Positions 1 through 10,300 of a stretch of DNA of 64,000 nt are shown here, piece by piece. Source of the DNA: an uncultured Acidobacteriota bacterium (GTDB lineage Bacteria; Acidobacteriota; Blastocatellia; RBC074); the NCBI GenBank assembly GCA_963796275.1, contig CAWCKY010000003.1, positions 960,001-1,024,000 of the forward strand, in the 5' to 3' direction. Under the pieces are notes generated by a model, which had not been told where the DNA came from, did no database searches, and was given only the letters and a program-made list of their open reading frames with translations. Numbering within the stretch: the stretch's first letter is position 1; every line of letters starts with the position of its first letter. The position numbers and the translations under genes were made by a program.

Positions 1-194
1 TCGGGCGAAGCTACGAGCGTCGCCGTCATCTTGCTGATCTTCATCTTGCTGCGCGGGGGCAATGCGCGCGGGTTGCCGCTGCGTTTTACACCGTAGGCGT
101 TACGATCGAAAGCCAGGACCATGTCTTCGATACTGCTGAGTCCGGTTACGCCAGCCGCTGTAGCTATCCAGTTGCGACGACTCCAATCAGTCAT
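1..194 (-). CDS. 5' part of a Tat-exported protein, probably enolase superfamily (sugar-acid dehydratase-like); runs off the window
   Basis: Not in ORF track. Manual translation from ATG at 194 (RBS AAGGAG upstream): MTDWSRRNWIATAAG...MKISKMTATLVASP. Twin-arginine motif; MKI..TATLVA resembles enolase-superfamily N-termini. Confidence 0.55.
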   Translation of the reverse strand, partial: MTDWSRRNWIATAAGVTGLSSIEDMVLAFDRNAYGVKRSGNPRALPPRSKMKISKMTATLVASP

Positions 195-305
195 GGTTGC
201 TCCTTGGGAAATTGTTGGGAGTTCCGCCTTCAGGCGGTCAGGAAATCATGCGAACAGAAAAAGACCGCGTAAACGCGGAACTCCAAACGCGGTATCACAT
301 GCTCT

Positions 306-1067
306 TCAGGTCCGCATGGCCTGCAGATAACTGCGACAAGCCGAGCTCAATAAAGACTCAAGACCGATCACGATGTACTTCGCACCGCGCTCTCTCCAGG
401 CTTGGGCAGCCTGAACATTAGACACAAGCACACCGAGCGCTTTGTCGGATTGATTAACGGCAGTGATGATGCGATTCAGAGCGGCGTGCATCGTCGAATG
501 CTCGGTATCGCCCGGCACGCCGAGCGAATGCGACAGGTCGGTCTGCCCAATGAAGATCACGTCGATATCCGGCACTTCGATGATCTCGGCGATCTGTTCG
601 GCGGCGGTGCCGGTTTCAACCTGGGCAATAACCATCGTTTCCTTGTTGGCTTGTACGACGTAGTCTTTAAATGGTTGGCGTTGCGCATAATCGTCCGCCC
701 GCACTCCGGCTAATCCGCGTACCCCGCGTGGATGATATTTGACTGCCCGCACTGCGGCCTCTGCCTCCGCCTTAGAATTGATCATCGGGATTTGAGCGCC
801 CTGGATGCCTGTGTCGAGGTAACGAAGAATTATGGGCGGCTGGTTGGTCGTTACGCGCACGAGCGTCGTGATATCGTGCAATTCAGCGGCACGCGCCAGA
901 TTCTCGCAATCGCGCGGTTCAAGCGTGCCGTGTTCGCCGTCGAACAGAATGAAGTCCCAGCCCTGATAACCGAGAACATCTACGATGCCGGGTTCAGGGT
1001 ATCGGTAAAAGCAGCCGAACACAGTCTCACCCGCAGTTAGCTTTGCTTTAGTCTTGTTAACTCGCAC
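306..1067 (-). CDS. HpcH/HpaI aldolase family protein
   Basis: DFILFDGEHG, RYLDTGIQG, KYHPRGVRG, AQVET, DVIFIGQTDLS motifs. Confidence 0.9.
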   Translation of the reverse strand: MRVNKTKAKLTAGETVFGCFYRYPEPGIVDVLGYQGWDFILFDGEHGTLEPRDCENLARAAELHDITTLVRVTTNQPPIILRYLDTGIQGAQIPMINSKAEAEAAVRAVKYHPRGVRGLAGVRADDYAQRQPFKDYVVQANKETMVIAQVETGTAAEQIAEIIEVPDIDVIFIGQTDLSHSLGVPGDTEHSTMHAALNRIITAVNQSDKALGVLVSNVQAAQAWRERGAKYIVIGLESLLSSACRSYLQAMRT

Positions 1068-1186
1068 TCTAACCTCTCATATCCGGGGGGAACGCCAGTT
1101 TCATTATGACTTGGAAATGATTGTTCGGCGGATAGACTAAGGCTGAATCGGGTTATAGCACAAGGCCCGATGATGCCATTGACAAT

Positions 1187-2134
1187 TCAGTTGTCAAAAA
1201 TACCGTTCCACAGAGCGCGAATATAGGCTGCATTGCATCCACAACACCCGCCAAGATATCCGATGCCTTCGGCCTTTGCCATACGGCCGATATCGGAGAA
1301 CTCTTTTCTCGCCACCTGAATCGTCTCCATCTCGTCCGGGAATTCAGGGAGACGGGTGAAGCATGGGGTTTCATCCGTAGTTCGGAAGGCCGCAGGCTGA
1401 GCTGCTAACGGGATATCGACTGCTGAACGCATCTCGCGCAAAACCTTCAACATTCTATCCGGCTCCTGCTCGCAGTTCGCCCCCACGAGGTGGGCGCCGG
1501 CGGCGTTCATTTGCCGGGCGCACTCAGCCGGCGAGTGCCCATCGTTCGATTGATCCAGGCGGGGCCGGAAGCTCATCGTGGCGATCAGCGGCAGCCGGCT
1601 TCCGCGCGCGCAATCGAGCGCGATCAACATCTCTTCGAGATGGAAGAAAGTTTCGAAGATCAGAAAATCCACGCCGGCTTCGGCCAGAAGGCGTACCTGC
1701 TCGGTCAGCAACTCACTCACATAAGCGGCTGCACCGCGCCCTTCGCGCTCGAAGAGCTGTGTGCGTGAGACCGATCCTGCCACCAGGGCTCTCCCGGCTG
1801 CCGCGTCGCGCGCGATCTCTACCGCGGCCCGATTGATCGCCTCGGTCTCACCCCCGTAGCCGGCCCGGGTCAGCTTCTCTCTGGTGCCGAAGAAAGTCAG
1901 CGCCTGTAATACCTGAGCCCCTGCGTCTAGAAATTCGAGGTGCAACTGGCGTAAAGCCTCGGGGTGTTCAATAGCTACTTCGGGCGTAAATTGCCCGCTG
2001 CCTCGTCCTGTCCCCACTTTCTCGCGCTTCGAGCCGCTATCGACATAGCCGCGCCGTTCGAGTTCGATCAGATACCCGCCGTCTCCAAGTACGATCCCCT
2101 GCTCTTTGATCAGGCCTAAAATATCTGCTCTCAT
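1187..2134 (-). CDS. Homocysteine S-methyltransferase family protein (BHMT-like)
   Basis: GDGGYLIELERRGY, FTPE..IEHPEALRQLHLEFLDAGA, Zn ligands GANC and GGCC. Confidence 0.9.
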   Translation of the reverse strand: MRADILGLIKEQGIVLGDGGYLIELERRGYVDSGSKREKVGTGRGSGQFTPEVAIEHPEALRQLHLEFLDAGAQVLQALTFFGTREKLTRAGYGGETEAINRAAVEIARDAAAGRALVAGSVSRTQLFEREGRGAAAYVSELLTEQVRLLAEAGVDFLIFETFFHLEEMLIALDCARGSRLPLIATMSFRPRLDQSNDGHSPAECARQMNAAGAHLVGANCEQEPDRMLKVLREMRSAVDIPLAAQPAAFRTTDETPCFTRLPEFPDEMETIQVARKEFSDIGRMAKAEGIGYLGGCCGCNAAYIRALWNGIFDN

Positions 2135-3072
2135 CTATTCTCCTTCATAGAATCATGATGGCGCCAAAAGTTCATGGCGGCGCCGATCACGCCATTCTCA
2201 GCAAGCGCGGCGTGTTGAATGGGAAGATTGCGTCTGGCGTCCGCCCAGATGTGTTCGCGTGTCGAGCGGACGAAGCAATCCCAATATAGTCCTTCGCAAA
2301 GCCCCAACCCGCCGCCGACCACAATTGCTTCCGGATCGAGCACATTAACCAGTAACCCCGCAGTCACGCCCAGCGCGGCGCCCCCGGTGCGGAGTATTTC
2401 GCAGGCCCACTCGTCGCCGTCTGACGCGGCTTTGATAATTTGCTCAGCCCGTCCGATCTTCTCTGAAGCATAAGGTTGATAACGCCTGGCCAGGGCGGGG
2501 CCTGAAGCATATTCTTCAAGTGTGATTTGGTTGCTTGCTCCACATTCCGCGCATATTGAAGTCAGCGGGCTGTTGGCGCAGACCAATGCGTCTCCATGAG
2601 CGCCGGCATAAGGCTGCTTGTCTTGCACTAGACAGCAACTGATGCCAGTTCCGACCGTGAGATATAGGAAAATCTCGTACTCTCGGCCCGATCCGAGCAT
2701 CGCTTCAGCTAGCGCGGCGGCGCGCACGTCTGCTTCGACTGTTGTCGGAGCGATCTTCGAGAGGCGTTGTTGAACAGGCCGCCCGCACCACTTAATAATA
2801 TGGCCGCTCGTGACATTACCCTGCAGATCGACCAATTCGGCCACACATAGCCCAATTCCCGCGACCTTCAGCCTCGATTGACTAGCCCTTTTTATCAGTT
2901 CGACTGAGAGCAACTCGACCTCTTGCAACAGTGCCTCACCACCGCGCTCGGCGCCGGTGGGAATCAGGCAAGGGAACAGAACGTCACCCGCCTGCGTCAC
3001 CACTCCTGCGGCGATCTTGCTTCCTCCGACATCAATGCCGACCGCGCAAATTGAGGTCAGGTCTTCAAGCAT
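2131..3072 (-). CDS. ROK family sugar kinase
   Basis: GIDVGGSK, EADVRAAALAE, LTVGTGI, LEEYASG, LDPEAIVVGGG; the longer start at 3096 lies within a repeat array. Confidence 0.85.
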   Translation of the reverse strand: MLEDLTSICAVGIDVGGSKIAAGVVTQAGDVLFPCLIPTGAERGGEALLQEVELLSVELIKRASQSRLKVAGIGLCVAELVDLQGNVTSGHIIKWCGRPVQQRLSKIAPTTVEADVRAAALAEAMLGSGREYEIFLYLTVGTGISCCLVQDKQPYAGAHGDALVCANSPLTSICAECGASNQITLEEYASGPALARRYQPYASEKIGRAEQIIKAASDGDEWACEILRTGGAALGVTAGLLVNVLDPEAIVVGGGLGLCEGLYWDCFVRSTREHIWADARRNLPIQHAALAENGVIGAAMNFWRHHDSMKENR

Positions 3073-3085
3073 AGGAGCCCCCAGA

Positions 3086-3219
3086 TCATTTGTCATTCGT
3101 CATTTGTCATTCGTCATTTGTCACTTGTCACTTGTCATTCGTCACTTGTATCGAACCGGTCAATTTCTCTGCAATGACAACTGTTAAATGACAAATGACA
3201 AATGACAAATTACAAATGA
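3086..3219. repeat. Inverted pair of heptamer tandem arrays (TCATTTG/TCATTCG/TCACTTG ... CAAATGA)
   Basis: About 9 heptamers at 3086-3148, then about 5 reverse-complement units at 3172-3219. Confidence 0.9.
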
Positions 3220-4365
3220 TTACTGCTCATCCGACGGCCGAGTGTGGTCGTGCAGATGATGCAGATCGCGCCTCTGTTCAATCAAGCTCAGATCGAGGTC
3301 GCGAAAGCGGGAGGAGATCGTCATCCATCGACTTTCCTTGGCAGATCGCTCGGCGGCCTCCACTATCTCGAGCAGATGCAGGTCGTGCGTGATCTCGGCC
3401 AGGGGCGCCCTCCCTTCAAATAATGCAGTGATGGTTTCGGCCAACCCATCAGTCCACATCCATGTCCCCTCCACCGCTTCGTATTCCTCCCAACGGCCCG
3501 CCTCATTCCGCCAGATTTCAAATCCACGCGGATCCCAATCGTCGCCGAGCAGGTTGGCGGTGCCTTCAGATCCGTAGATTTCCAAGGCAGGGCGCCGGTA
3601 TCGCTGGATCGCGTGGCTCGAGACGATGTTGGAAAGCGCTCCCGACTCATGTCGCAGGATGACGTGAGAGACGTCAGGCCCGGGATCGGTTATTTCACAG
3701 GCGCCGATGGATCGCCGTTCGATTGCCGTATGCTCGGCGGCCAGGATTTCAATGCCGGGTCCCAATAGAGATGTGAGGGTCTTCAGATTATATATGCCGA
3801 CTTCCGCCAGCGGCCCGATCCGGCCCTGATGATACCAGTTGGCCCAGGTTGATCCCGCATTGCCGTAGAGCCCGCGCGCTGAATGCGGTTTGCCAATGGC
3901 CCCATTACGAATCTGTTCCCAAAAGGCGCGAAATGTCGGCGCAAGATGGACGAAAGGTGCCGCCATGAGATGAAGACCCCGATTATCAGCCAACTCCGCC
4001 AGTTCTTCTCCTTCGGCGCGAGTCATGGCTAGAGGCTTCTCGACAACTGCGTGTTTGTTATGCTCCAACGCTTGCCGAACTAAGACGGCATGGGTTTCCG
4101 GCGGTGTGATGATAACTACGACATCGATTTCTGATTCCATCACTTGGCCGGGGGATGCAACCAGTTGTAGCCCCGGCCGCCGGCTCTGCAATTCAGCCCA
4201 CTTTTCCCGGCGCCTCGCGCAGACCGGGCCGAGCAGCGCGTAGCCTTTAGGTATAAGGCGATCGAGCGCTCGCAGATAAGCCCACAGTACGTTGCCCGCG
4301 CCGATAATGCCCACCCGCACCGCACGGTTTTCGGGGGCGAATCTATTTTTCTTCTTCTGCCTCAT
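3220..4365 (-). CDS. Gfo/Idh/MocA family oxidoreductase
   Basis: VGIIGAG Rossmann motif, HAVVEKPLA, EIYGSEG; start uncertain (4320-4407). Confidence 0.9.
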   Translation of the reverse strand: MRQKKKNRFAPENRAVRVGIIGAGNVLWAYLRALDRLIPKGYALLGPVCARRREKWAELQSRRPGLQLVASPGQVMESEIDVVVIITPPETHAVLVRQALEHNKHAVVEKPLAMTRAEGEELAELADNRGLHLMAAPFVHLAPTFRAFWEQIRNGAIGKPHSARGLYGNAGSTWANWYHQGRIGPLAEVGIYNLKTLTSLLGPGIEILAAEHTAIERRSIGACEITDPGPDVSHVILRHESGALSNIVSSHAIQRYRRPALEIYGSEGTANLLGDDWDPRGFEIWRNEAGRWEEYEAVEGTWMWTDGLAETITALFEGRAPLAEITHDLHLLEIVEAAERSAKESRWMTISSRFRDLDLSLIEQRRDLHHLHDHTRPSDEQ

Positions 4366-4771
4366 AGGAGAGCATTGCCCCGCCGGCGACGGCGAGCGCG
4401 ATTCCAATCCACTGCCTGAAGGTCAATATTTCAGCCAGAAAGACGCGCGCCAGGACGATAGTGACCAATGGGTAAAGCGCTGTCAGCGGAACTGCGACCG
4501 ATGCTTTGGCGCCTTTCTCCAGCGCTCCGAAGAGAGCCCACGAGCCGAACCCATTAGCCGCGCCACCCAACAAACCGATCATAATTACGTGCCAGCTCAG
4601 GCCGGTGAGATTGCCCTCGCGCCAAAGCAGCGGAAGCAGCGCCGCAAACCCCACTATCAGCCAGATGAGGAGCGAACGCGACGAAATGCGGTTGGTCCCC
4701 AATTTCTGAAGCAACCCGACGACGCCCCAGCAGAGCACAGCAACGCACGCATAGAAAACCCAACTATCCAT
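4343..4771 (-). CDS. EamA/DMT family half-size transporter
   Basis: About 5 TM helices; ALEKGAKASVAVPLTALYPLVTIVLA..FLAE. Confidence 0.85.
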   Translation of the reverse strand: MDSWVFYACVAVLCWGVVGLLQKLGTNRISSRSLLIWLIVGFAALLPLLWREGNLTGLSWHVIMIGLLGGAANGFGSWALFGALEKGAKASVAVPLTALYPLVTIVLARVFLAEILTFRQWIGIALAVAGGAMLSYEAEEEK

Positions 4772-4780
4772 CGAATCGCC

Positions 4781-5242
4781 TCAAAACGAGAGGATAATGA
4801 TGGCGGCCAGCGCCATTACCATACCCGCAGCCTGAACACGGTTGATCCGTTCGCGCAGGATCACAACGGCGAGCGCTATTGTCAGCAGCGGGAAGAGAGC
4901 CGTGAACGGACCGACGATTGACGCTTTGCCCCCTGATAACGCTGCGTAATAGGCCAGCATCCCCAATCCAGTGAAGACTCCGTTCAGTATTCCATAGATC
5001 GCTCCGCGTCGATCCGTCTCGACTCTGAATCCGAGCTGAGCCCAGGCCAGCAGCGAAGGCGGTATGATTCCAACGGTGAAGAGAATCTGGAGTTGTTGCG
5101 GCGATACCCGATCTGATCCAAGTTTTGATAAAAATCCCCAGATGCCCCACCATACAATGCAGAGGAGGGCATATAGCAACCATGTTGAACGAAATCGAGG
5201 TGCCAATTTCGACTTCGACGATGCGGCCTTTTCTTCGATCAT
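4781..5242 (-). CDS. EamA/DMT family half-size transporter
   Basis: WGIWGFLSKLG, ALSGGKASIVGPFTALFPLLTIALA..ILRERI. Confidence 0.85.
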   Translation of the reverse strand: MIEEKAASSKSKLAPRFRSTWLLYALLCIVWWGIWGFLSKLGSDRVSPQQLQILFTVGIIPPSLLAWAQLGFRVETDRRGAIYGILNGVFTGLGMLAYYAALSGGKASIVGPFTALFPLLTIALAVVILRERINRVQAAGMVMALAAIIILSF

Positions 5243-6377
5243 GATGCCCGCCCTTTGTTACCGATGCATTCCCGGCCAATCGAGATTCTTTATCGTCCCG
5301 CAATATCCCGCCTTCCTGCTCGACAATATATGAGCAGTACCGTAGAGAATCGCAGTCTACCCCGCGTATCCGCGAGAGACGTTCGGCCGCAAGCTGGGAG
5401 GGCATGATGTCGGTGAGGAATTGCCACCCTAGTGGCGATGCCGGTAACGAAAAAACAAGTTCACCCAGCGAGCCGGAGACTTCTTCACCGATCAGCATTA
5501 CTCTAGCCCCGAGACTCTGCAGATCCTTTGCCACTGCCAGGTCTTCAGTACGCAACGTATGCTGATCGAGCCAGATGCAGAAACGCATATCGCGCTTAAT
5601 TACCTCCTGCGGCCCGTGACGAAAGGCCCCCGTCGTCATCGACGTGGCAGGAGATTTGGCAGCCTCTTCCCAAAGCAACCGGGCTCCGTGACAACTGGCC
5701 ACGCTCGCTCCCCGGGCCAGAAAATAGACCGGATGGTCGGATGCGATCCAATCGCTTGCTTCAATCTTTTCGCGCCAAAGGCCAATATCTTCTTGGACGG
5801 AGAGCAGCGTTTCGATCAATGAAGGGCCGAGAGGGGCATCGGGCTTTCCGGCCGCCGCGCCAACCTTCGTACTCGCTGTTGCTCCTATTGTCGCGGTTAC
5901 TACCAGCCCGGCCGCCATAGCCAGTGCCGTGTACATCATCACCGAGACTGCGTGATCGAAAGAGAGATCGACGCAGACCGATGCATCGCTCGCAAGCGCC
6001 AGGGGGCTGTCGGGCGTGTTGGTGATCGCCACGATATTCGCATCATTAGTTCTCGCTTTGTCGAGTAGATTGACGATCTCAACGCTTCGGCCGCTTCGTG
6101 AAATGACGATGATCACCGAACCGGAAGCCAGGTTGGAAAAGTGCAGAAGCTCCGAAGCCTCGATCAGTCCGACCGGAAAGCCCGCCCGGTGAAAAAAAGA
6201 TGCCCCCGCCATCGCCGCGTGCCAGCTCGCCCCGATGCCGGTGAGGTAGATATAATTTGCCTGATTGAGAATGAAAGCCGCCTTGTCGATTGAGGCTCTT
6301 TCTTCTTCCAGGAGGTAATGAAGCGATCTGATCAACTCTCCCGGTTGTCTGAGAATGTCAGCCAGAAATTTGGTCAT
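5240..6377 (-). CDS. SIS-domain phosphosugar isomerase/deaminase (GlmS C-terminal/AgaS/FrlB-like); 3' end uncertain
   Basis: DILRQP, TGIGASWHA, ISRSGRS, ITNTPDSPLA, FRHGPQE. The called ORF runs on to 4764 through the EamA gene with non-homologous-looking sequence after ~5300. Confidence 0.8.
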
Positions 6378-6392
6378 CCTAGCAAAGTCCTT

Positions 6393-7376
6393 TCATTTGG
6401 CAGGGGTCAGCACGATATTCCGATACCAGACTTTTCCGTAATCGCCCTGGAGCATGAGCGGGCCCGGGCTGCCCTCGTCGCTCTCGAGTGCTGCGCCTGT
6501 GATTCCTGGAATCTCTTCATCATCGATGATCGTGACGCCGTTGAGACTGATCGTCACTCTGCGTCCCACGAGTGTGGCGTCGATCGTCTGCCACTTGCCG
6601 GCCGGCCGCGCGGGATTCGTTGCCGGTGTGAGAAAGCCATATACCCCACCTAGGCGATGGCTGTCAGGAGGCTTGCCGAAACTGTCTTCGAGCTCGATCT
6701 CGTAGCGACCGCGAAGATAAACGCCGCTATCGCTTCCCGCCGCTATCTTGAATTCGAGATGGATGCGAAAGTCATCGAACTTTTCCGCCGTCACCAGATT
6801 TGCTCCGCTGGCTTCATTGACCAGAATTCCGTCTTCTATTTTCCACTTGCTCGGTTTGTTCGCCGGGTAAGACATCCATCCGGACAGGTCTTTCCCGTTG
6901 AACAAGCGGATAGATTTGCCCCAGTCAGGCGCACCGGTCCGCGCGAGCGCTGGCGCTCTGGTGGCCCTCCAGCGCTGCTCTTCGCCGCTCCAGTGAGTGG
7001 TTCCGCTCAGCCGGCCATCTGACAGCCTGCCTATAAAAATGAGGTCATGCGGCCAACCTCCTTCACGTGCGATGATGAATTCAAGCTGGCCGGCGTCGAA
7101 GCGGATGCTTTTGAGCGGCTGCGCGGCATCCCACCTCCCGACGAAGCGCCCGGTTAGATGATCGCCGGAATCGGATATTTCGATCCAGCTCGGGTAACTG
7201 CCGTCCTTACCTGTCACGGTGATATCCCATCTGCCAAGAACTGTTTCTATCTGCATCGGCAGAGAAGAAACGGTAGGATTCACCACAAAAATCACAAAAG
7301 TACAAAGAAGGCAGACGAAGGTTCTTCTTTTGTTTTGTCTATTTTTTGCCGTTTTGTGTTCTTTGTGGTGAATCAT
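6393..7376 (-). CDS. DUF1080 (3-keto-disaccharide hydrolase-like) exported protein
   Basis: LFNGKDLSGW, WKIEDG, FDDFRIHLEFK, DSGVYLRGRYEIEL, LQGDYG.VWYRNI; ATG 7376 follows GAGG. Confidence 0.9.
   Translation of the reverse strand: MIHHKEHKTAKNRQNKRRTFVCLLCTFVIFVVNPTVSSLPMQIETVLGRWDITVTGKDGSYPSWIEISDSGDHLTGRFVGRWDAAQPLKSIRFDAGQLEFIIAREGGWPHDLIFIGRLSDGRLSGTTHWSGEEQRWRATRAPALARTGAPDWGKSIRLFNGKDLSGWMSYPANKPSKWKIEDGILVNEASGANLVTAEKFDDFRIHLEFKIAAGSDSGVYLRGRYEIELEDSFGKPPDSHRLGGVYGFLTPATNPARPAGKWQTIDATLVGRRVTISLNGVTIIDDEEIPGITGAALESDEGSPGPLMLQGDYGKVWYRNIVLTPAK
7277..7374. repeat. ~100-bp palindromic element, copy inside the DUF1080 5' end
   Basis: Perfect 13-bp inverted ends GATTCACCACAAA (7277-7289) / TTTGTGGTGAATC (7362-7374) with further imperfect pairing. 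Confidence 0.85.
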
Positions 7377-7387
7377 TTCTCTCAACC

Positions 7388-10300
7388 TCAGAATGTGATT
7401 CTACCCGCAACTTGAATATTGCGTGGCGCTGTCACCGATCCATCCCATAACCCGAAGGATGTGCCCGTGATGTCTGCCCCGAATCCACGTAATGTATGGT
7501 TGTTCCATAGATTGAATGCTTCACCGCGAAGCTGGAAAGTCACACGCTCGGTGATCCGGACATCTTTGAAGATCGCGAAATCCTGGTTTCTGTATCCGAA
7601 TCCGCGATAATTCGTAATCCGTGCGCCGTTTCCATAATATGTCACGGTGCTGAAGCTATCATTGGGCTCAAAGGAATCGATATCAAAGAGCGGTCCACTC
7701 GGATCGAAATTATCCTTACTCTGTGCCCATGGGTTTTTGCCAGGCAATAAGCCCGGGATACAGGCAAGCGCGAATTGACTTGGGACGGTGCAATTGCTCG
7801 AACGGAATGAGAACGGAGTGCCCGAACTGAATCGCAAAATATTGCTCACCCTCCATCCGCCTATCAGGTGATTCACCACTCCGTCTCCACTGAGCCAGCG
7901 TTGCCCTTTTCCGAAAGGAAGATCATAGGTCATCGCTAGCGAAAATGAGTGCGGAATATCATCCAAAGCCAGCCCCTTGCTCCGTCTCTGCTCGAATGGA
8001 GAAATGCCCAGGTTGCCCGGCTGGTTGCTGTCCGCGTTGGTGAGCATCTTTGAGAAGGTGTATGAAGTCAGAAACCACAGTCCACGCGAAAACCGCTTCT
8101 CCGCCTTAAGCTGAAGCGAGTGATATGTCGAGTTGCCGGCATTTTCGTTTATCCCATAGATGTTGCCGCAATACTGGGGGAATGGAAGCAGCGCCTGAGC
8201 CAGCGTTGGCGGGCAGGCCTGCATCTGTTCGACCCAGCCGGCAAATGGGACGGGCACGCCATTCAAACTGGTCTGACCAGGCTCAAATGCTGTCAGGAGC
8301 GCGCTGCCGTATTGGTTGAGAAGCCTCGGGTCGAGGGCATTGAGTGGGTTGATCTGCGAGATCAGCCGCGTCCCCTTGCTGCCTACATACGCGGCGCTGA
8401 CATTGATCGTATTGGTCGCTTGATTCTCGATCGTCAGATTCCACTGCTGCGAATATGGCAACCGGTTCGCATCAGCCGGGCGATAGATCGGCGCATCCTG
8501 CCCATTGAGAAACCCCGAATCGAGGAATGGCGGGCGGGTGAAGTTCTGCGGCACGCCATTGCTCAAAATGAAGGCCGGAACCAGCCCACCCTCGGTGCTG
8601 GAGAATGATGGGTTGGCGTTAAAGCCGTCACTTCTGATGCCGCCTTCCCACCCCGGAATAAATCCTGCGTCGAAGAAGATACCGTAACCGAGCCGCACCA
8701 CCGTATTCTCTCGCGGTGAGTACGCGATGCCGAACCGCGGGGCGAAGGCTTTGAAGTATCTTTTCTCTGGATAGCGTCCGCCGAAGCTAGCGGCCCCTGC
8801 ATCGTTGCCGGCGAATGCCAGACGGCCGGGCCGGTTTCCCGCCGACGGATTCAGTCCGACCGGATCCAGGAACGAGAAGAAATCATGTTTCTCAAACGAA
8901 GGAGCGACCGTCTCCCAACGGAGACCATAATTTAGACTGAGCCTGGGGAAGACTTGCCAGGTATCGCCTGCGTGGGCAATCCAGGAACTCTGCATGCCGA
9001 TCGACCGTGTAGTGTTGCGGATATCGAAATTCGCAGAATCGACCTGTTCGAGCAGGAAGCTGGCGATCGGGCTTCCGCTATTTATTCCGAGCAATCCCGT
9101 GTTTGCCCGGCTGAAATTAAATTCGCCCGCCTCGCCGGTGACCCGAGGGACATTGTTGGTCATATGCCGGTATTCTGCGCCGAATTTAAGCGTGTGCCGT
9201 CCCTTGACCCAGGTCATAACGTTACTGCCTACGACAGCAGGAGCGGGCCAGCTGTTCTCTTCCGCCGATCCCTGGTTAGAGCCATACCCTTCGAATTTGT
9301 CATCAAGGAAGCGAATGGCTGACGGATAGGCGTGCCGCGCCACGCCCTGAATCTTCGGCAGTTCGTCTGTGTAAGGGACATCAATTCCGCCGCCAAAAAA
9401 ATGATCGTGGTTATAACCGATACTGAAGTGATTGAGCAGAGTCGGGCTGAAAGTATGATCCCAGTTCACTCGGTTGATCCATGTGGTTTTGTAATTGAGC
9501 TGACCCGTGCTGATCTGAGGCGGCAGCGTGGTAGTCTCCTGGCGCAGGTTGTTGCGTTTGAAGATGGTGAAGGTGAAATGGTCGTTGTTGCCGAGATACT
9601 CGTCGATCCTCACGTTGAGGATATTGGCGTCGGCGCTGAATCCTCCCGGTAGGGCCGGCGGCAAGTAGTTGTTCACCGCACCCGGAAAGGTCGGCTCCGG
9701 GAGGAATTTGAACCACTGGAGTGCCAGCGAGTTTCTGAGACGGGGGTCGCTCGGACAGATTACGTTCGGGGTGTTTCCGTCGCATCCCATAAACTGATCG
9801 CGGACCACGCGACGGTCTGTCTGCAATGTCTCTGAGTTAACGACATCGACGAACCGAGTCGTAGCCGGATCATATATCGGGATGAGGTTGCCGCTGGCAT
9901 CCACCCAATCGGTGAAGTCCCCCTGGCGATTTTTGAGAGAGGGGATGGAAAGGACCGGACGAACCAAGCCGCCGCGGATCCGGTAACCCTCCCAATTTAC
10001 GAAGAAGAACGTTTTATTCCGCTGCGACCATGCGAGCGGCAATTTGACCGGGCCGCCGATGGCGCCTCCGAAGTTGTTCTGGATGTTTGTCGGCCTGCCG
10101 GGTCGTTCCTCGCCGATGCCGAACTGGTTGGCATTGAAGATAGTGTTGCGATGGTACTCGTATAGACCACCGTGGAATTGGTTCGTCCCCGCCTTGGTCT
10201 CCATAATGAATACCACGGCGCCGGTTGAGCCATATTGCGGTTCATAGTTCCCATTGAGTATCTTCAATTCACTCACCATATCGGGCGATTGTGGGAAATC

